Assembly (NCBI GenBank): GCA_035299465.1
Contig: DATGWN010000047.1
Span: 716 to 64,715 of the forward strand
Reading direction: 5' to 3'
Source of the DNA: Acidobacteriota bacterium
Lineage (GTDB): Archaea; Nanobdellota; Nanobdellia; Woesearchaeales; DATGWN01
DNA length: 64,000 bases
The notes below the pieces were generated by a model. That model saw only the letters and a program-made list of their open reading frames with translations. It did no database searches and had not been told where the DNA came from. The stretch's first letter is position 1. Each line of letters begins with the position of its first letter. Both the position numbers and the translations under genes were made by a program. Shown piece by piece: positions 18,750 to 28,449 of the stretch.

Positions 18750-19328
18750 CTATTGGAGGTATGTTAATGTCTGTCGCGCGCTTGCCGAAAGATGTTCTTT
18801 CTCCCGTTTGAGCTGAGGCGTAGATATGACTGCGTGTGCTGCGATGTACGTAAGCAATTCGTGCTTGCCTGCGTGTGTTGATGGCACTCGCGGTGCAACA
18901 TCTAGTAAATAGCCACGTACTGCACTGGCTTCAGACTTTGTGTCGACAGTCATCTTATAGGGTTTTTCCTCGATAACCACAACTTTATCGCGCCGTGTTG
19001 CGTACTCGGCATTGACTCTGCGTTGGACCGTCTTAGCACTTGAGACAATTCTTTCTACACCTAGACTTGCGGCTGCAACTGCTTGATCGATTCCTTTAGC
19101 AGCATTCGTTTCGTACGTTTGTGCACGATTTCTCGGTGATGTTGCTAATTCGTCAGCAATTGTGCCGACGGTCTTGCCTGCATATGCGGCAATGGTTCGT
19201 GCGCCATTGTGAAGCATCGGGGCAACGCCACCGTGTGACTCAATCGTGTCTTCAATGGATCGTTTTGCAGTGTGTGCCGTTCGTCTTGCGACAGCATTTG
19301 CTTTTGCAATGGTATTGTAAATTGTCAT
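18750..19328 (-). CDS. hypothetical Ala-rich protein
   Basis: 192-aa ORF, divergent from the Lrp gene. No motif. Confidence 0.5.
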   Translation of the reverse strand: MTIYNTIAKANAVARRTAHTAKRSIEDTIESHGGVAPMLHNGARTIAAYAGKTVGTIADELATSPRNRAQTYETNAAKGIDQAVAAASLGVERIVSSAKTVQRRVNAEYATRRDKVVVIEEKPYKMTVDTKSEASAVRGYLLDVAPRVPSTHAGKHELLTYIAAHAVISTPQLKREKEHLSASARQTLTYLQ

Positions 19329-19460
19329 TTTTTTCCTCGCTTACCCATGTAAGGCGTTTTTGCCTTCCGTTTAGGATACCTGTGGAGTGTGTAGTAGGTA
19401 TTTGAGTATTTGTCCCGTTTCTTTCTGTTTTTTCGCTGTTTTATGTTACGTTTTCGCTAG

Positions 19461-19470
19461 TTTTATAAGA
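19461..19470 (+). promoter_or_regulatory. archaeal TATA box ('TTTTATAAGA') about 26 nt upstream of the Lrp start (near-leaderless)
   Basis: AT-rich TATA-like element at the canonical distance upstream of ATG 19492. Confidence 0.4.
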
Positions 19471-19491
19471 AAAGCATTATACCTTACAGAC

Positions 19492-20487
19492 ATGACGGAG
19501 AAAGAAAACTCAATCAAACTCGACAAACGCGACAAGAGACTCATTCATATCTTGGGCGAGAATTCACGTATGCCGTTGACTGAGATTGGAAAACATCTTC
19601 GCTTGCATCCTGATACTGCACGATACAAATTGCAACGACTCTTTGAACTAGGAGTTGTATGCAAAAACACTGCAGAGCTTGACTTTATCAGACTTGGATA
19701 CAGCATTTACCAAGTTTTCATGTTAGTCGATACTGACACGGAAGAAGAATACACTAATTTCATCACGATGCTTTCACAGCATCCAAACACAAAAGAAGTG
19801 CGAACGTATCACGATAGATGGGACGTCGAATGGGTTGTCGTTGCGCGAAACTTACAGGAATTCGACGAGTTCTTCTGGGAATTCACGGCAAAATCTAAGG
19901 CACGAATTTTACACAAGAACCATCTGAGTGTTGTCGAATATCTTCGAACGACGAACGTGGCTCACAGTCTTTTCCCGAATGAAACGGTCAAAATTGAACA
20001 GCAAAAATCGTCGCAATCATTGTCACTAGATTCGACTGATCGAGCATTGCTGCAAGTTCTTGCAAAAGATGCACGGACTGCGGCGACAAGCATTGCGGCT
20101 GAGATTGGAGTTAGTGTCGATAGCGTCATACGACGAATCAAGAAATTGTACTCAGACGGCGTTATCACAAAATTCTCCATCGTCCTTGACCGAGCAAAAA
20201 TCGGGCATGATTGGTATGTATTTGCAGTTAGATGCAACTCATTAGCCAAGAATATACAGAGTTCCTTACGCGAATTCGTACGAACACACCCTCACATATT
20301 CCGCTGCGTAAAAGTACATGGCTCATGGGACTTCCTGTTCTATATTTCAACTGATTCACGCGAAGAATTCCACAAGACTATTCGCGAAATCAAGACTATT
20401 TTGAGTGCTCATCTGACTGATTATGACACATGGATTATCTACGATGAAATCCAGCAGCAGCATATTCCAAAAACTATTACGGATTAG
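19492..20487 (+). CDS. Lrp/AsnC-family transcription regulator with two tandem HTH+RAM modules
   Basis: 'KRDKRLIHILGENSRMPLTEIGKHL' and 'STDRALLQVLAKDARTAATSIAAEIGVS' AsnC-type HTHs. Start placed at 'MTEKEN', downstream of the 19387 ORF start (19387 kept as the alternative). Confidence 0.75.
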   Translation: MTEKENSIKLDKRDKRLIHILGENSRMPLTEIGKHLRLHPDTARYKLQRLFELGVVCKNTAELDFIRLGYSIYQVFMLVDTDTEEEYTNFITMLSQHPNTKEVRTYHDRWDVEWVVVARNLQEFDEFFWEFTAKSKARILHKNHLSVVEYLRTTNVAHSLFPNETVKIEQQKSSQSLSLDSTDRALLQVLAKDARTAATSIAAEIGVSVDSVIRRIKKLYSDGVITKFSIVLDRAKIGHDWYVFAVRCNSLAKNIQSSLREFVRTHPHIFRCVKVHGSWDFLFYISTDSREEFHKTIREIKTILSAHLTDYDTWIIYDEIQQQHIPKTITD

Positions 20488-20582
20488 ACAAATCATTACT
20501 TCTATAATTCTTTATGTCCATACATCCTTGGTCCTGTCTTATTTTGCATACTTTTTTATAGAGCACCATCGAGAAACACTGC

Positions 20583-20927
20583 ATGCCAATTGAATCATTT
20601 GCAAAAGCGTTCGTGACACCCGATACGTATGAATGCGCATTTAGGCCAACATCGTCTGAAAGCAAATTGTCTGACTCTGGGTTGGAGAATATAATCCGTA
20701 AAAAAGTAGAAACTGTACTTGAATGCACATTAGAAGACGCTAAGGCCGAAGAAAATCCGTATGGCACGGTGTGGAAACACAAGGCGTTTCGCAAGATGAA
20801 GATAGGCACCGTTTGGATCATTAAACCGCACGGAAAAACTCTATTCACGATAAAGATATTCCGAGATTTTGACACGGCGTTTGCCACGTCCGATATGATC
20901 GTATTCAAATTCTTCAATAATTTATAG
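20583..20927 (+). CDS. hypothetical protein
   Basis: 114-aa ORF in an otherwise empty interval. Confidence 0.35.
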   Translation: MPIESFAKAFVTPDTYECAFRPTSSESKLSDSGLENIIRKKVETVLECTLEDAKAEENPYGTVWKHKAFRKMKIGTVWIIKPHGKTLFTIKIFRDFDTAFATSDMIVFKFFNNL

Positions 20928-20939
20928 TAAAAATTGTGT

Positions 20940-22013
20940 TCAAATAAAGAAGAACGCAATTGCCAAAATCAAATAGACTGACAATAGCTGTACACCTTCA
21001 AGCCAGTTGCATTTTCCGTCCGACGACAGATAATTGACAATCATCACTGTTGCAAAGACTGCTAAAATTTCAAAGAGCGGAAAGACGATCAAAAATCCCC
21101 AATTGAATATTTCGCTTAAGAAAATGAGGATTGGAACGACAAATAATGCTATCTGAATTGCGCTCGACAGTCCGATTTCCAAAGAGATGTCCAATTTGTT
21201 TCGCAATGCGAACGAAATCGCCGCGAACTTTTCTGCGATGTTTGTGATGATAGCAATAATAACGACACCAATGAATGTCTGAGATAATCCGAGCGCTTGT
21301 GCCCCTGGTTCAATTGATTTGACGAGTAGTTCTGATTGAAGAGCTGCAAACAGAGTCGCTACGGCGATTATAAGAACGGCAACTTTCAGAGGGTATTCAG
21401 GTTTCTCTCGTGCAGCTTTCATTTCGTCGCTGACGTCGAAAAGATGCTTGTGTGTTTTAAGCGAGAAGAACAATGATGCAAGATATGTGATAGCCAAGAC
21501 CATGGCGACAGCGTCTGAGAGTAACGTGATGTTTGCGGTATTCGCAGGATATAAGTTAGCGTAAGCTGTTGGGATTGCGAGACCAATGACGGCGATGATA
21601 AGCATCGTACTTGAGATTCCGATTGACGTTTTGTTGAAATTCTGTTCTGTGAAACGCAGTCCGCCGGCAAAGATCGACAAACCAAGAAGAAGGAGCAAGT
21701 TACCAATTATACTTCCAATGATTGATGCTTCAACTATTCGCGTGAGACCTTCACGAAGTGCAAATATCGCAATAATCAACTCAATGAGATTACCACAGGT
21801 TGCATTGACTAATCCACCAATGGTCGGATTTGACTGTAATGCAACGTCTTTAGATGCGTGGCCAATGTAATGCGCGATAGGAATGAGAGAAAGCGTGAGC
21901 ATGAAGAACAGGAGTGCCGGACTTGCATCTATGTATATGAGTAGCCATGTCAGAGGTATAAATAGCAAAAACCAATGCATCGTCGAATTAAGCCAACTCT
22001 TGAACGTAGCCAT
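20940..22013 (-). CDS. Ca2+/H+ (CaCA/CAX-family) cation antiporter
   Basis: Two alpha-repeats, 'GNLIELIIAIFAL' and 'ITNIAEKFAAISFAL'. Multi-TM. Confidence 0.85.
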   Translation of the reverse strand: MATFKSWLNSTMHWFLLFIPLTWLLIYIDASPALLFFMLTLSLIPIAHYIGHASKDVALQSNPTIGGLVNATCGNLIELIIAIFALREGLTRIVEASIIGSIIGNLLLLLGLSIFAGGLRFTEQNFNKTSIGISSTMLIIAVIGLAIPTAYANLYPANTANITLLSDAVAMVLAITYLASLFFSLKTHKHLFDVSDEMKAAREKPEYPLKVAVLIIAVATLFAALQSELLVKSIEPGAQALGLSQTFIGVVIIAIITNIAEKFAAISFALRNKLDISLEIGLSSAIQIALFVVPILIFLSEIFNWGFLIVFPLFEILAVFATVMIVNYLSSDGKCNWLEGVQLLSVYLILAIAFFFI

Positions 22014-22108
22014 ACATATGTGGGCAAGTGGCCGCTTTATAAAGGTTATTCGAGGTGTGGACGGACGTATTCATAAACTATTTAAACAAGCAATTGTACC
22101 CGCCACTT

Positions 22109-23218
22109 ATGATTACTAACTCCCCAGTGGCTACACTTGAACAATTAGTCCACCTTGACGAGCAATCCGCCAATTCATATCCACATGCTGAATCTGCTTC
22201 TGAGCTTGGCGATGTAATCCAGTTTCCTACTCCTGAGCCGAAAAAACAATATACGCTCGCCGAACTTGAGCAGATGGTAGAATCCGCTGAGCGAGACTAT
22301 TATGCTCTCTTTGACACACCAGCATACGAAGCAAATCACCAACAATTGCGCGAGCAGTTGGTCAATGTACGAAAACAACGCGACGCTCTCAAGAGAAAAG
22401 AAAGCAGAAGCACAAATGCCGTTCGCAATTACGCTACAACGCAATTATCATCTGATGTTTACACGCAATTGAAAGCTAGCTCGCCAGATATCTATTCACG
22501 CGTCCAAAAGAGCATGTCATTCTTGATTGAGGACCTCACAGGTTTCACACTAGAATCACAAAAGGCAAAATCGCTTAAATGGAAAGATCGCGTCGACAAC
22601 ATTGAAGCGCTCGCCATCCACTTGCAATCATATCTTGCGAACCAAGTCACATCAGAATCACTTTCCAAAGCACAATACAATACTATCTGGGGCGATGTCA
22701 AATCAATGATCAAGGCACGTCTTGAAGACAAGGAACTTCGCCGACAAATCAAACGAACGAAATCAGCAGACGCGACTCTCAAAAGCTTTGACACTTTGCT
22801 TGCGAAGATCGAAAGTCCATATAATTACACTCGCAAGGGAGACTTGGGCGAATTCTACGTCGGACCAGAAGGCGCAGGTTTCAAATTGAAATACGCACAG
22901 CCAATCCACATTCCATTCGGGCAGCAAGCAGGAAAACTCTACACGTGCGTTGCATCAAATGTTCCTCAAGTCATCAAACAACCTTCAAAATTCCAACAAA
23001 AATTCCCAAAGTTGCATAAGCTGGCTACTAATGAAGTGGTCATGAAAGCTGCACTCTATATCGGTGGCGCGCTTGCGCTTTTCGGTGGCAATGAGCTACG
23101 AAAAGCATTGCCTGAACTTGTCCACCCGACATACAATATAATCGCAACTGATGATTACCAATCAAAGATGTTAGCGCGCCCGCAATTATCGGCCCACTAT
23201 TCTTTTAACAGTCGGTAG
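22109..23218 (+). CDS. hypothetical protein
   Basis: ORF track starts at GTG 22055. A TATA-like 'CTTTATAAAG' at 22035-22044 makes the first ATG (22109, 'MITNSP') more likely. No motif. Confidence 0.55.
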   Translation: MITNSPVATLEQLVHLDEQSANSYPHAESASELGDVIQFPTPEPKKQYTLAELEQMVESAERDYYALFDTPAYEANHQQLREQLVNVRKQRDALKRKESRSTNAVRNYATTQLSSDVYTQLKASSPDIYSRVQKSMSFLIEDLTGFTLESQKAKSLKWKDRVDNIEALAIHLQSYLANQVTSESLSKAQYNTIWGDVKSMIKARLEDKELRRQIKRTKSADATLKSFDTLLAKIESPYNYTRKGDLGEFYVGPEGAGFKLKYAQPIHIPFGQQAGKLYTCVASNVPQVIKQPSKFQQKFPKLHKLATNEVVMKAALYIGGALALFGGNELRKALPELVHPTYNIIATDDYQSKMLARPQLSAHYSFNSR

Positions 23219-23257
23219 GACACTGTTTTTTAAAGTCCATGCGCTATTCTCACACAT

Positions 23258-23989
23258 ATGGAAAAGCTGCACATTGAAGTCAGAACTATCGATAACATAC
23301 GTACTATGTATATCGAGGGAAAGGCTCAAAGCGCAATGGATGTAACCAATCCAACGCTTGCGGTTTTTGATTATACAAAGTATTTCTATGTACCTTTGTG
23401 TTTGATTGCTGTGAAACGCGCGCTCTTCATAGGTGGAGGCGGATTCAGCGGTCCAAAAATCTATGCGCATCATGGTATCGCCGTAGACGCTGTGGAAGTT
23501 AACCAAGAAGTGGTCGACATCGCAAAACGCCAATTCGCTCTTGACACTCAGACATTCAATGTGTTCGTTGAGGACGGAAGAGCTTTTCTGACGCAGTGCA
23601 GTGTTTCATATGATGCAATAATATTGGATGCATTCATCGCAGAAAAAGTACCATTGCAGTTCACGACGTTTGAATTCTTCACATTGGTGCGAAAGCATCT
23701 TTCTGAAAATGGCTTACTCGTGTTCAACGTGATTTCTGCACCAGAATTATGGTTCTTCCAATCCTTAGTACGCACTCTAAGCAGTGTATTTGCAAGTGTA
23801 CTCGCTTTTGATCTGAGTCCGGCTGCGACACAAACTCGAAACATTATCATAATCGCAAGTCCCTCTAAGCTTAACCCGACGCAAGTGCGAAAAACTTGTG
23901 CACAGTCAACGTTCGACTTAGCAAGAGAGATGGAACTATTCATAGAAAACGTACAGACTCGCCGCGGCGAGATTCTGCGTGATTCTTAA
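23258..23989 (+). CDS. spermidine synthase-like / class I SAM-dependent (aminopropyl)transferase
   Basis: 'LFIGGGGFSGPK...VEVNQEVVDIAKRQF...IILDAF' resembles the spermine/spermidine synthase fold. Confidence 0.6.
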   Translation: MEKLHIEVRTIDNIRTMYIEGKAQSAMDVTNPTLAVFDYTKYFYVPLCLIAVKRALFIGGGGFSGPKIYAHHGIAVDAVEVNQEVVDIAKRQFALDTQTFNVFVEDGRAFLTQCSVSYDAIILDAFIAEKVPLQFTTFEFFTLVRKHLSENGLLVFNVISAPELWFFQSLVRTLSSVFASVLAFDLSPAATQTRNIIIIASPSKLNPTQVRKTCAQSTFDLAREMELFIENVQTRRGEILRDS

Positions 23990-24423
23990 TTGACTTTATA
24001 GACGACAACGCCCACTTTAGTGTGATTTAGAAGCGAGTCTGGGTTGGTATAATTAAGTTGGATTCCTGACCGGAAGACTGCGTTTGGCAGCGTGCATGTC
24101 GCAGTGTAATTTCCAAGGTCACCTGGCGCAAGTGTGGCAGGGCCTAGTGCATTTGCGCATTTGTCAATCGTGACTTGTACATTAGTAAGATCTATCGGCA
24201 ATCCGTTTTGAATGGAAAGAATAACACCAGTCTGGTTGGCACGTGCATCGACACAGATGATGCCGGAATAAAACTCACATTTTTCATTGACGAACGAGTC
24301 CAGATCAAACACACCAGAATACACGAGTACGCCTAACGTGAGCAAGATGATTGAAAATGCCCAACCATACGTCATCAAAAATTCTACGGCCGCCTGGCCC
24401 TTTCGATTATTCTTTCGCATCAT
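23986..24423 (-). CDS. archaeal type IV pilin-like protein (class III signal peptide)
   Basis: 'RKGQAAVEFLMTYGWAFSIILLTLGVLV': KG|Q cleavage site plus hydrophobic stretch. Confidence 0.75.
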   Translation of the reverse strand: MMRKNNRKGQAAVEFLMTYGWAFSIILLTLGVLVYSGVFDLDSFVNEKCEFYSGIICVDARANQTGVILSIQNGLPIDLTNVQVTIDKCANALGPATLAPGDLGNYTATCTLPNAVFRSGIQLNYTNPDSLLNHTKVGVVVYKVN

Positions 24424-24424
24424 G

Positions 24425-25996
24425 TCATAGTACTCCTGAGAAGAGCAGGTTTAGTACCCATCTCAGAACAATAAAGAGAGTCATCGATATCGCCCAGAAA
24501 ATAGGCATATCACGCACAGAACCAAACGCTTTTCCAGTTCTGATTGCGGAAATGATAATAGTCGACATTGTCGTCGTCAAGAACAACATCACTAAGCAGA
24601 AAATAAAGAAGTCGGATTGGCTGACTGCGTCAGTGGACAATGACAGCGAAATTCCCGCCGCGTTGCCACCGCTTCCAGCACTTTGCGCGGCATTCATCTT
24701 CGCGCCGACTTCTTGGACAATCGTGAGTAATTGTGTTGCAACGGCAAACAGACCTGGCGCAGCTACGACTACTGCGAATACAATGAAGATAACGTAGGAT
24801 GTGACGTTTGCAGACATACTTTGCTTACGCAAGTCGATATCTTCCAGGTTTAGTGCAATGTTTTCTAATAAGTCGCCGATTTCACTACCTGCATCCATGC
24901 CTTCAACAATGAGACCAACCGAGCGGCGAATAATCTTCGAATCGTACTTTCTGCCAAAGTCTTGCAATGCAGAGGAAAGATCTTGACCGACCATCGCTTT
25001 TTTTGCGATGATCTCGATCTCCTTAGATAGTATGCCAAATTGCGGACGTGCACCACGCCATAATGCTTGGTCAATAGTCATCCCAGCTCTAATATTTGCC
25101 GCAACAACGTGCAAGAATTCAGGGAAGTGCTTTTCGACGGCATCTTTTCTCTGCGCAATGCGTAAGTCAAGGAATGCGAATGTCAATAAGGATAACACGA
25201 ATGTGCCGACTGGATAGACGAGCGCTGCAAAGAACATAAGTACACTGATATAATAGAAGATGCCACCAAGGCCTTCATATTTCGTATAAATGAAATAAAG
25301 ATAGATCAGTGAACAGATGACAATCGAAAATTTGTTTATCTTTGCAAACATTTCTCGATATGAAAGCGAAAAACCTGCAGTCTCTATGTATGCGTTTAGT
25401 TTGCGCTTGAATTCTGCATCAGCGCTTTTCTTATGAACGGCAGGTTTGTGGTCTTTGGACGTTACGATGTTCTTAAAATTAGTGAGAAACTCGACAATCG
25501 TATTCTGCTTTTTTGCTTCTTTCGGTGGCGACGGCACTTGCGGCTTTGGTTGCTCTTTTCTTTCGAACACTTTTGCTATTGTGTTTGATAGCGATGTAGA
25601 AATATTCTGAGTTGTCTGAGAAATTCTTTGAGATATCTTTTGCGATAATGAGATGTGTGGCGATATTTGGGAAACTGGCTGCGACTGTTCGTTTTGCACG
25701 CTTGCTTGCACTTTTTGTTCTTTCGCGTCAGCTTTTTGCTTTTCCTTTTCTACAATGAGTCTTTTTGCAGACTCAAGTTTGTCTTCGATGTCTTGTGATT
25801 TTGTTTCTTTTACTGGGGCAGACTTTTCAAGTATAGCTTTTTTTGCAGATTCAATCTTTGCAAATGACTGATCCAATTCCTTTTTTTTCTCTGTCTGCGA
25901 TTTGAGAATCTTTTGCTTTGCTGCGTCGATCTTAGCAGCCATAGACTGGTTCACTTCCTGTTGCAATGCCGTTTTCGCAGTCTGTTTTTTTGCCAT
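24425..25996 (-). CDS. T2SSF-domain pilus platform protein (TadC/FlaJ half) with ~200-aa K/Q/S-rich N-terminal extension
   Basis: C-terminal T2SSF domain ('ALWRGARPQFGILSKEIEIIAKKA...') with TM helices. N-terminus low-complexity and coiled-coil-like. Confidence 0.75.
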   Translation of the reverse strand: MAKKQTAKTALQQEVNQSMAAKIDAAKQKILKSQTEKKKELDQSFAKIESAKKAILEKSAPVKETKSQDIEDKLESAKRLIVEKEKQKADAKEQKVQASVQNEQSQPVSQISPHISLSQKISQRISQTTQNISTSLSNTIAKVFERKEQPKPQVPSPPKEAKKQNTIVEFLTNFKNIVTSKDHKPAVHKKSADAEFKRKLNAYIETAGFSLSYREMFAKINKFSIVICSLIYLYFIYTKYEGLGGIFYYISVLMFFAALVYPVGTFVLSLLTFAFLDLRIAQRKDAVEKHFPEFLHVVAANIRAGMTIDQALWRGARPQFGILSKEIEIIAKKAMVGQDLSSALQDFGRKYDSKIIRRSVGLIVEGMDAGSEIGDLLENIALNLEDIDLRKQSMSANVTSYVIFIVFAVVVAAPGLFAVATQLLTIVQEVGAKMNAAQSAGSGGNAAGISLSLSTDAVSQSDFFIFCLVMLFLTTTMSTIIISAIRTGKAFGSVRDMPIFWAISMTLFIVLRWVLNLLFSGVL

Positions 25997-26811
25997 TACA
26001 TGTCAACCGCCGGTCGTGCACCTTTGATGATGGAGAAGAACATGTATTGAAACGACGTGACCACAAGAGCGATACCCAACAGCGCGGAAAGAGATAGTTT
26101 CAAGTCGGCAAATGAGATGAGTACAACAACCATGACCATGCCTAGCGATGGGAAAATGACTGCAATCATCAAATAGAACATCGCAATTGGGTTTAGCTTC
26201 TTACCATATCGCTCGACTTCGATCAATTGCTTTTTGTTGATCTGATCAAGTACTGTCGTCAGTGAGATTGAAATATCCGCGCCAGTCTGGATAGAATTTA
26301 CAATTTGCCACATGACTTTCTGAAAATTCTCGGATGGATTGAGAACGATTGCTTTTGTGATTGCTTCTTCTACGCTGGTACCGACGTCGACATCGTCCAC
26401 TATTTTCTTGAAATACTTTCCAATGCCGTCGTAGTCACGAGCGATGTTCTTGAGCGCATCATAAATCGGAACGCCCGATTTAATCTCAACAATGAGGAAT
26501 TTTCCGACAAAGAGAATGTCCTTGTCGATGTCCTTTCTCTTTCGCATGACGACGACGTCAGGCATCTTGAGCATATTAAGAAATGACAGGCAAAAGAAAA
26601 GCGGTAAGATAATGATCAATGGCCAGAATGGTTTTTTGAAGACGGACAGAATCATCGCACAAGAGAGCGTTATCGCTAGCGCCATAGCCACTGCTTGACT
26701 GAGGATTTTTCTAATATAGATTGCAGGTTCATACTGCATTTCTGCCTGCTGCAACGTGACGTATAGATTCGGAAATTTCCTTGCAACGTAGTGGAAAAAC
26801 GGGTGTACCAT
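25996..26811 (-). CDS. T2SSF-domain pilus platform protein (TadB/FlaJ half)
   Basis: T2SSF domain 'GVPIYDALKNIARDYDGIGKYF...' with 3-4 TM helices. Start overlaps the neighbouring gene. Confidence 0.75.
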   Translation of the reverse strand: MVHPFFHYVARKFPNLYVTLQQAEMQYEPAIYIRKILSQAVAMALAITLSCAMILSVFKKPFWPLIIILPLFFCLSFLNMLKMPDVVVMRKRKDIDKDILFVGKFLIVEIKSGVPIYDALKNIARDYDGIGKYFKKIVDDVDVGTSVEEAITKAIVLNPSENFQKVMWQIVNSIQTGADISISLTTVLDQINKKQLIEVERYGKKLNPIAMFYLMIAVIFPSLGMVMVVVLISFADLKLSLSALLGIALVVTSFQYMFFSIIKGARPAVDM

Positions 26812-26814
26812 AGT

Positions 26815-28449
26815 TTAGCCTATTTTCTTGAGCAGTTCGCTTGGATTGTCGTAGTATTCTGCCATGACATGGCTGACGCCATCGATTGTATTGATGTTAT
26901 TCTTGACAAGATACGCAAGTACGCGCTCTTTTTCTTTGAGTTGCGCTTTGATCTGTGCGGCAGTCATGCCTGAGAACGTCTGTAATGTTTTTAGAAGTAC
27001 AATTGGCTCGGCCACTTTTTTGAGCTTGTCGACTGAAGGATCGTATCTGAAGAGTACGTGCGCTTCGCCGTCTTCGAGGATTTCCGCGATTTCAAATGTT
27101 CGTCGAAGTCCAGTTCGTCTGTTACGGTATTGGATGACGGCCAAGGAAAGCGCAGGGATCATTGTCTTTGGAATGTTGATTGGCGGATTCGTCAGACGTG
27201 TGACTGTTTCTGCCGCAGTGTTTGCGTGAATAGTCGCGTAGACTGAGTGACCTGTGTGAATGGCTTCGAAAAGAACTTCTGCTTCGGCAGGTCTTCTGAT
27301 TTCACCGACGAGGATTCTATCCGGACGCATACGTAGCGAGTTTTGCAAGAGCATGAGCATCGTTACGCCGCCACGACCTTCTGCGTTAGGCAATCGAGTG
27401 AGCATCGGAATCCAGTGCAAGAATTTTGGCAACTTGATTTCTCTGGTATCTTCGATTGAGATGATGCGCTGACTTGGCGGGAAGAAATTTGACATGATGT
27501 TTAGCATACTTGTCTTACCTGACGCAGTACCACCAGCGATAAGCATCGATAATTCGTATTGGATTGCGTGCCAAATGAGTGCTGCTGCCTCGAAACTGAG
27601 CGTGTTATGTTTGAGAAAATCAGCAATTGTCCAAGGCTGTGCCGAGAACTTACGGATAGTGATCGTATTACCTTCGTTTGAAATCGGCATGAGTGTTGCG
27701 TTGACACGGTCACCGACGTTGATGGAGACGTCTAGCAATGGTTCGAGGATACTGATCTGTCGACCAACTTTACGTCCGATGGTGGTCGCAAAATAGCGGA
27801 TCTGCTCTTCAGTTTCCAATTTGATGTTGGTTTTCAGCAAGCCGTGTCGTCGGTGATAGACCCAAATCGGCATGTGCGAACCGTTGATTGCGATTTCTTC
27901 TAAGCCTTGGTCACTCATGAGGACTTCGACTTCTCCTAAGCCAATACTTCGCAAGAGAACGTAGGATACGAAGAATTTTATGTGCTCAGCTTCTGCTGTC
28001 GGAAAGTATTTTTTGACGAGGACTTCGATCGTGTCTTTGAAGACGCCATGTACGTCTTCTTGTTTTTTTGTCATATCCTTGAGCTCGATATTTCCCAAGT
28101 TGACTGTTTTTACTAATTGCTGACGGATATTTTCCAAGATGAGAAGCGTGTGTTCACCAATGCTTGGGACTGAAACGTCATAAAGTGGGACATATTCGCC
28201 TTTTTGTCTGAAGATCTTGATTTGCAGCGGGATGTCACGACAGAGTACTTCGTATGAATCAATCATATCGATACTTTTCTGTCCTTTTGCGTCGCCTAGT
28301 GATGATGAGAAGTCGACGGTCTCCTGCGAAGTCTTTTCCTTCTTATTGAGATTCGTCTTTATCGCACGAGCCTGTTCCTTTTCAGAAACTGACTGGATTG
28401 TTTGAATGGCTTTGGATGGCTGATCTTTACTTTCTCTTTTTTGCCCCAT
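26815..28449 (-). CDS. type IV pilus/archaellum assembly ATPase (FlaI/TadA/VirB11 secretion ATPase family)
   Basis: Walker A 'GGTASGKTS', 'ISIEDTRE' Asp box, 'GEIRRPAEAEVLFEAIHTGHSVYATIHAN' His box. Confidence 0.85.
   Translation of the reverse strand: MGQKRESKDQPSKAIQTIQSVSEKEQARAIKTNLNKKEKTSQETVDFSSSLGDAKGQKSIDMIDSYEVLCRDIPLQIKIFRQKGEYVPLYDVSVPSIGEHTLLILENIRQQLVKTVNLGNIELKDMTKKQEDVHGVFKDTIEVLVKKYFPTAEAEHIKFFVSYVLLRSIGLGEVEVLMSDQGLEEIAINGSHMPIWVYHRRHGLLKTNIKLETEEQIRYFATTIGRKVGRQISILEPLLDVSINVGDRVNATLMPISNEGNTITIRKFSAQPWTIADFLKHNTLSFEAAALIWHAIQYELSMLIAGGTASGKTSMLNIMSNFFPPSQRIISIEDTREIKLPKFLHWIPMLTRLPNAEGRGGVTMLMLLQNSLRMRPDRILVGEIRRPAEAEVLFEAIHTGHSVYATIHANTAAETVTRLTNPPINIPKTMIPALSLAVIQYRNRRTGLRRTFEIAEILEDGEAHVLFRYDPSVDKLKKVAEPIVLLKTLQTFSGMTAAQIKAQLKEKERVLAYLVKNNINTIDGVSHVMAEYYDNPSELLKKIG

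Noticed and set aside
22055-22108. GTG start at 22055 for the 22055-23218 ORF
   Set aside because: A TATA-like element at 22035-22044 lies only about 12 nt upstream of this GTG, too close for an archaeal promoter. The first ATG downstream of the predicted TSS (22109) was preferred. 22055 remains an alternative.
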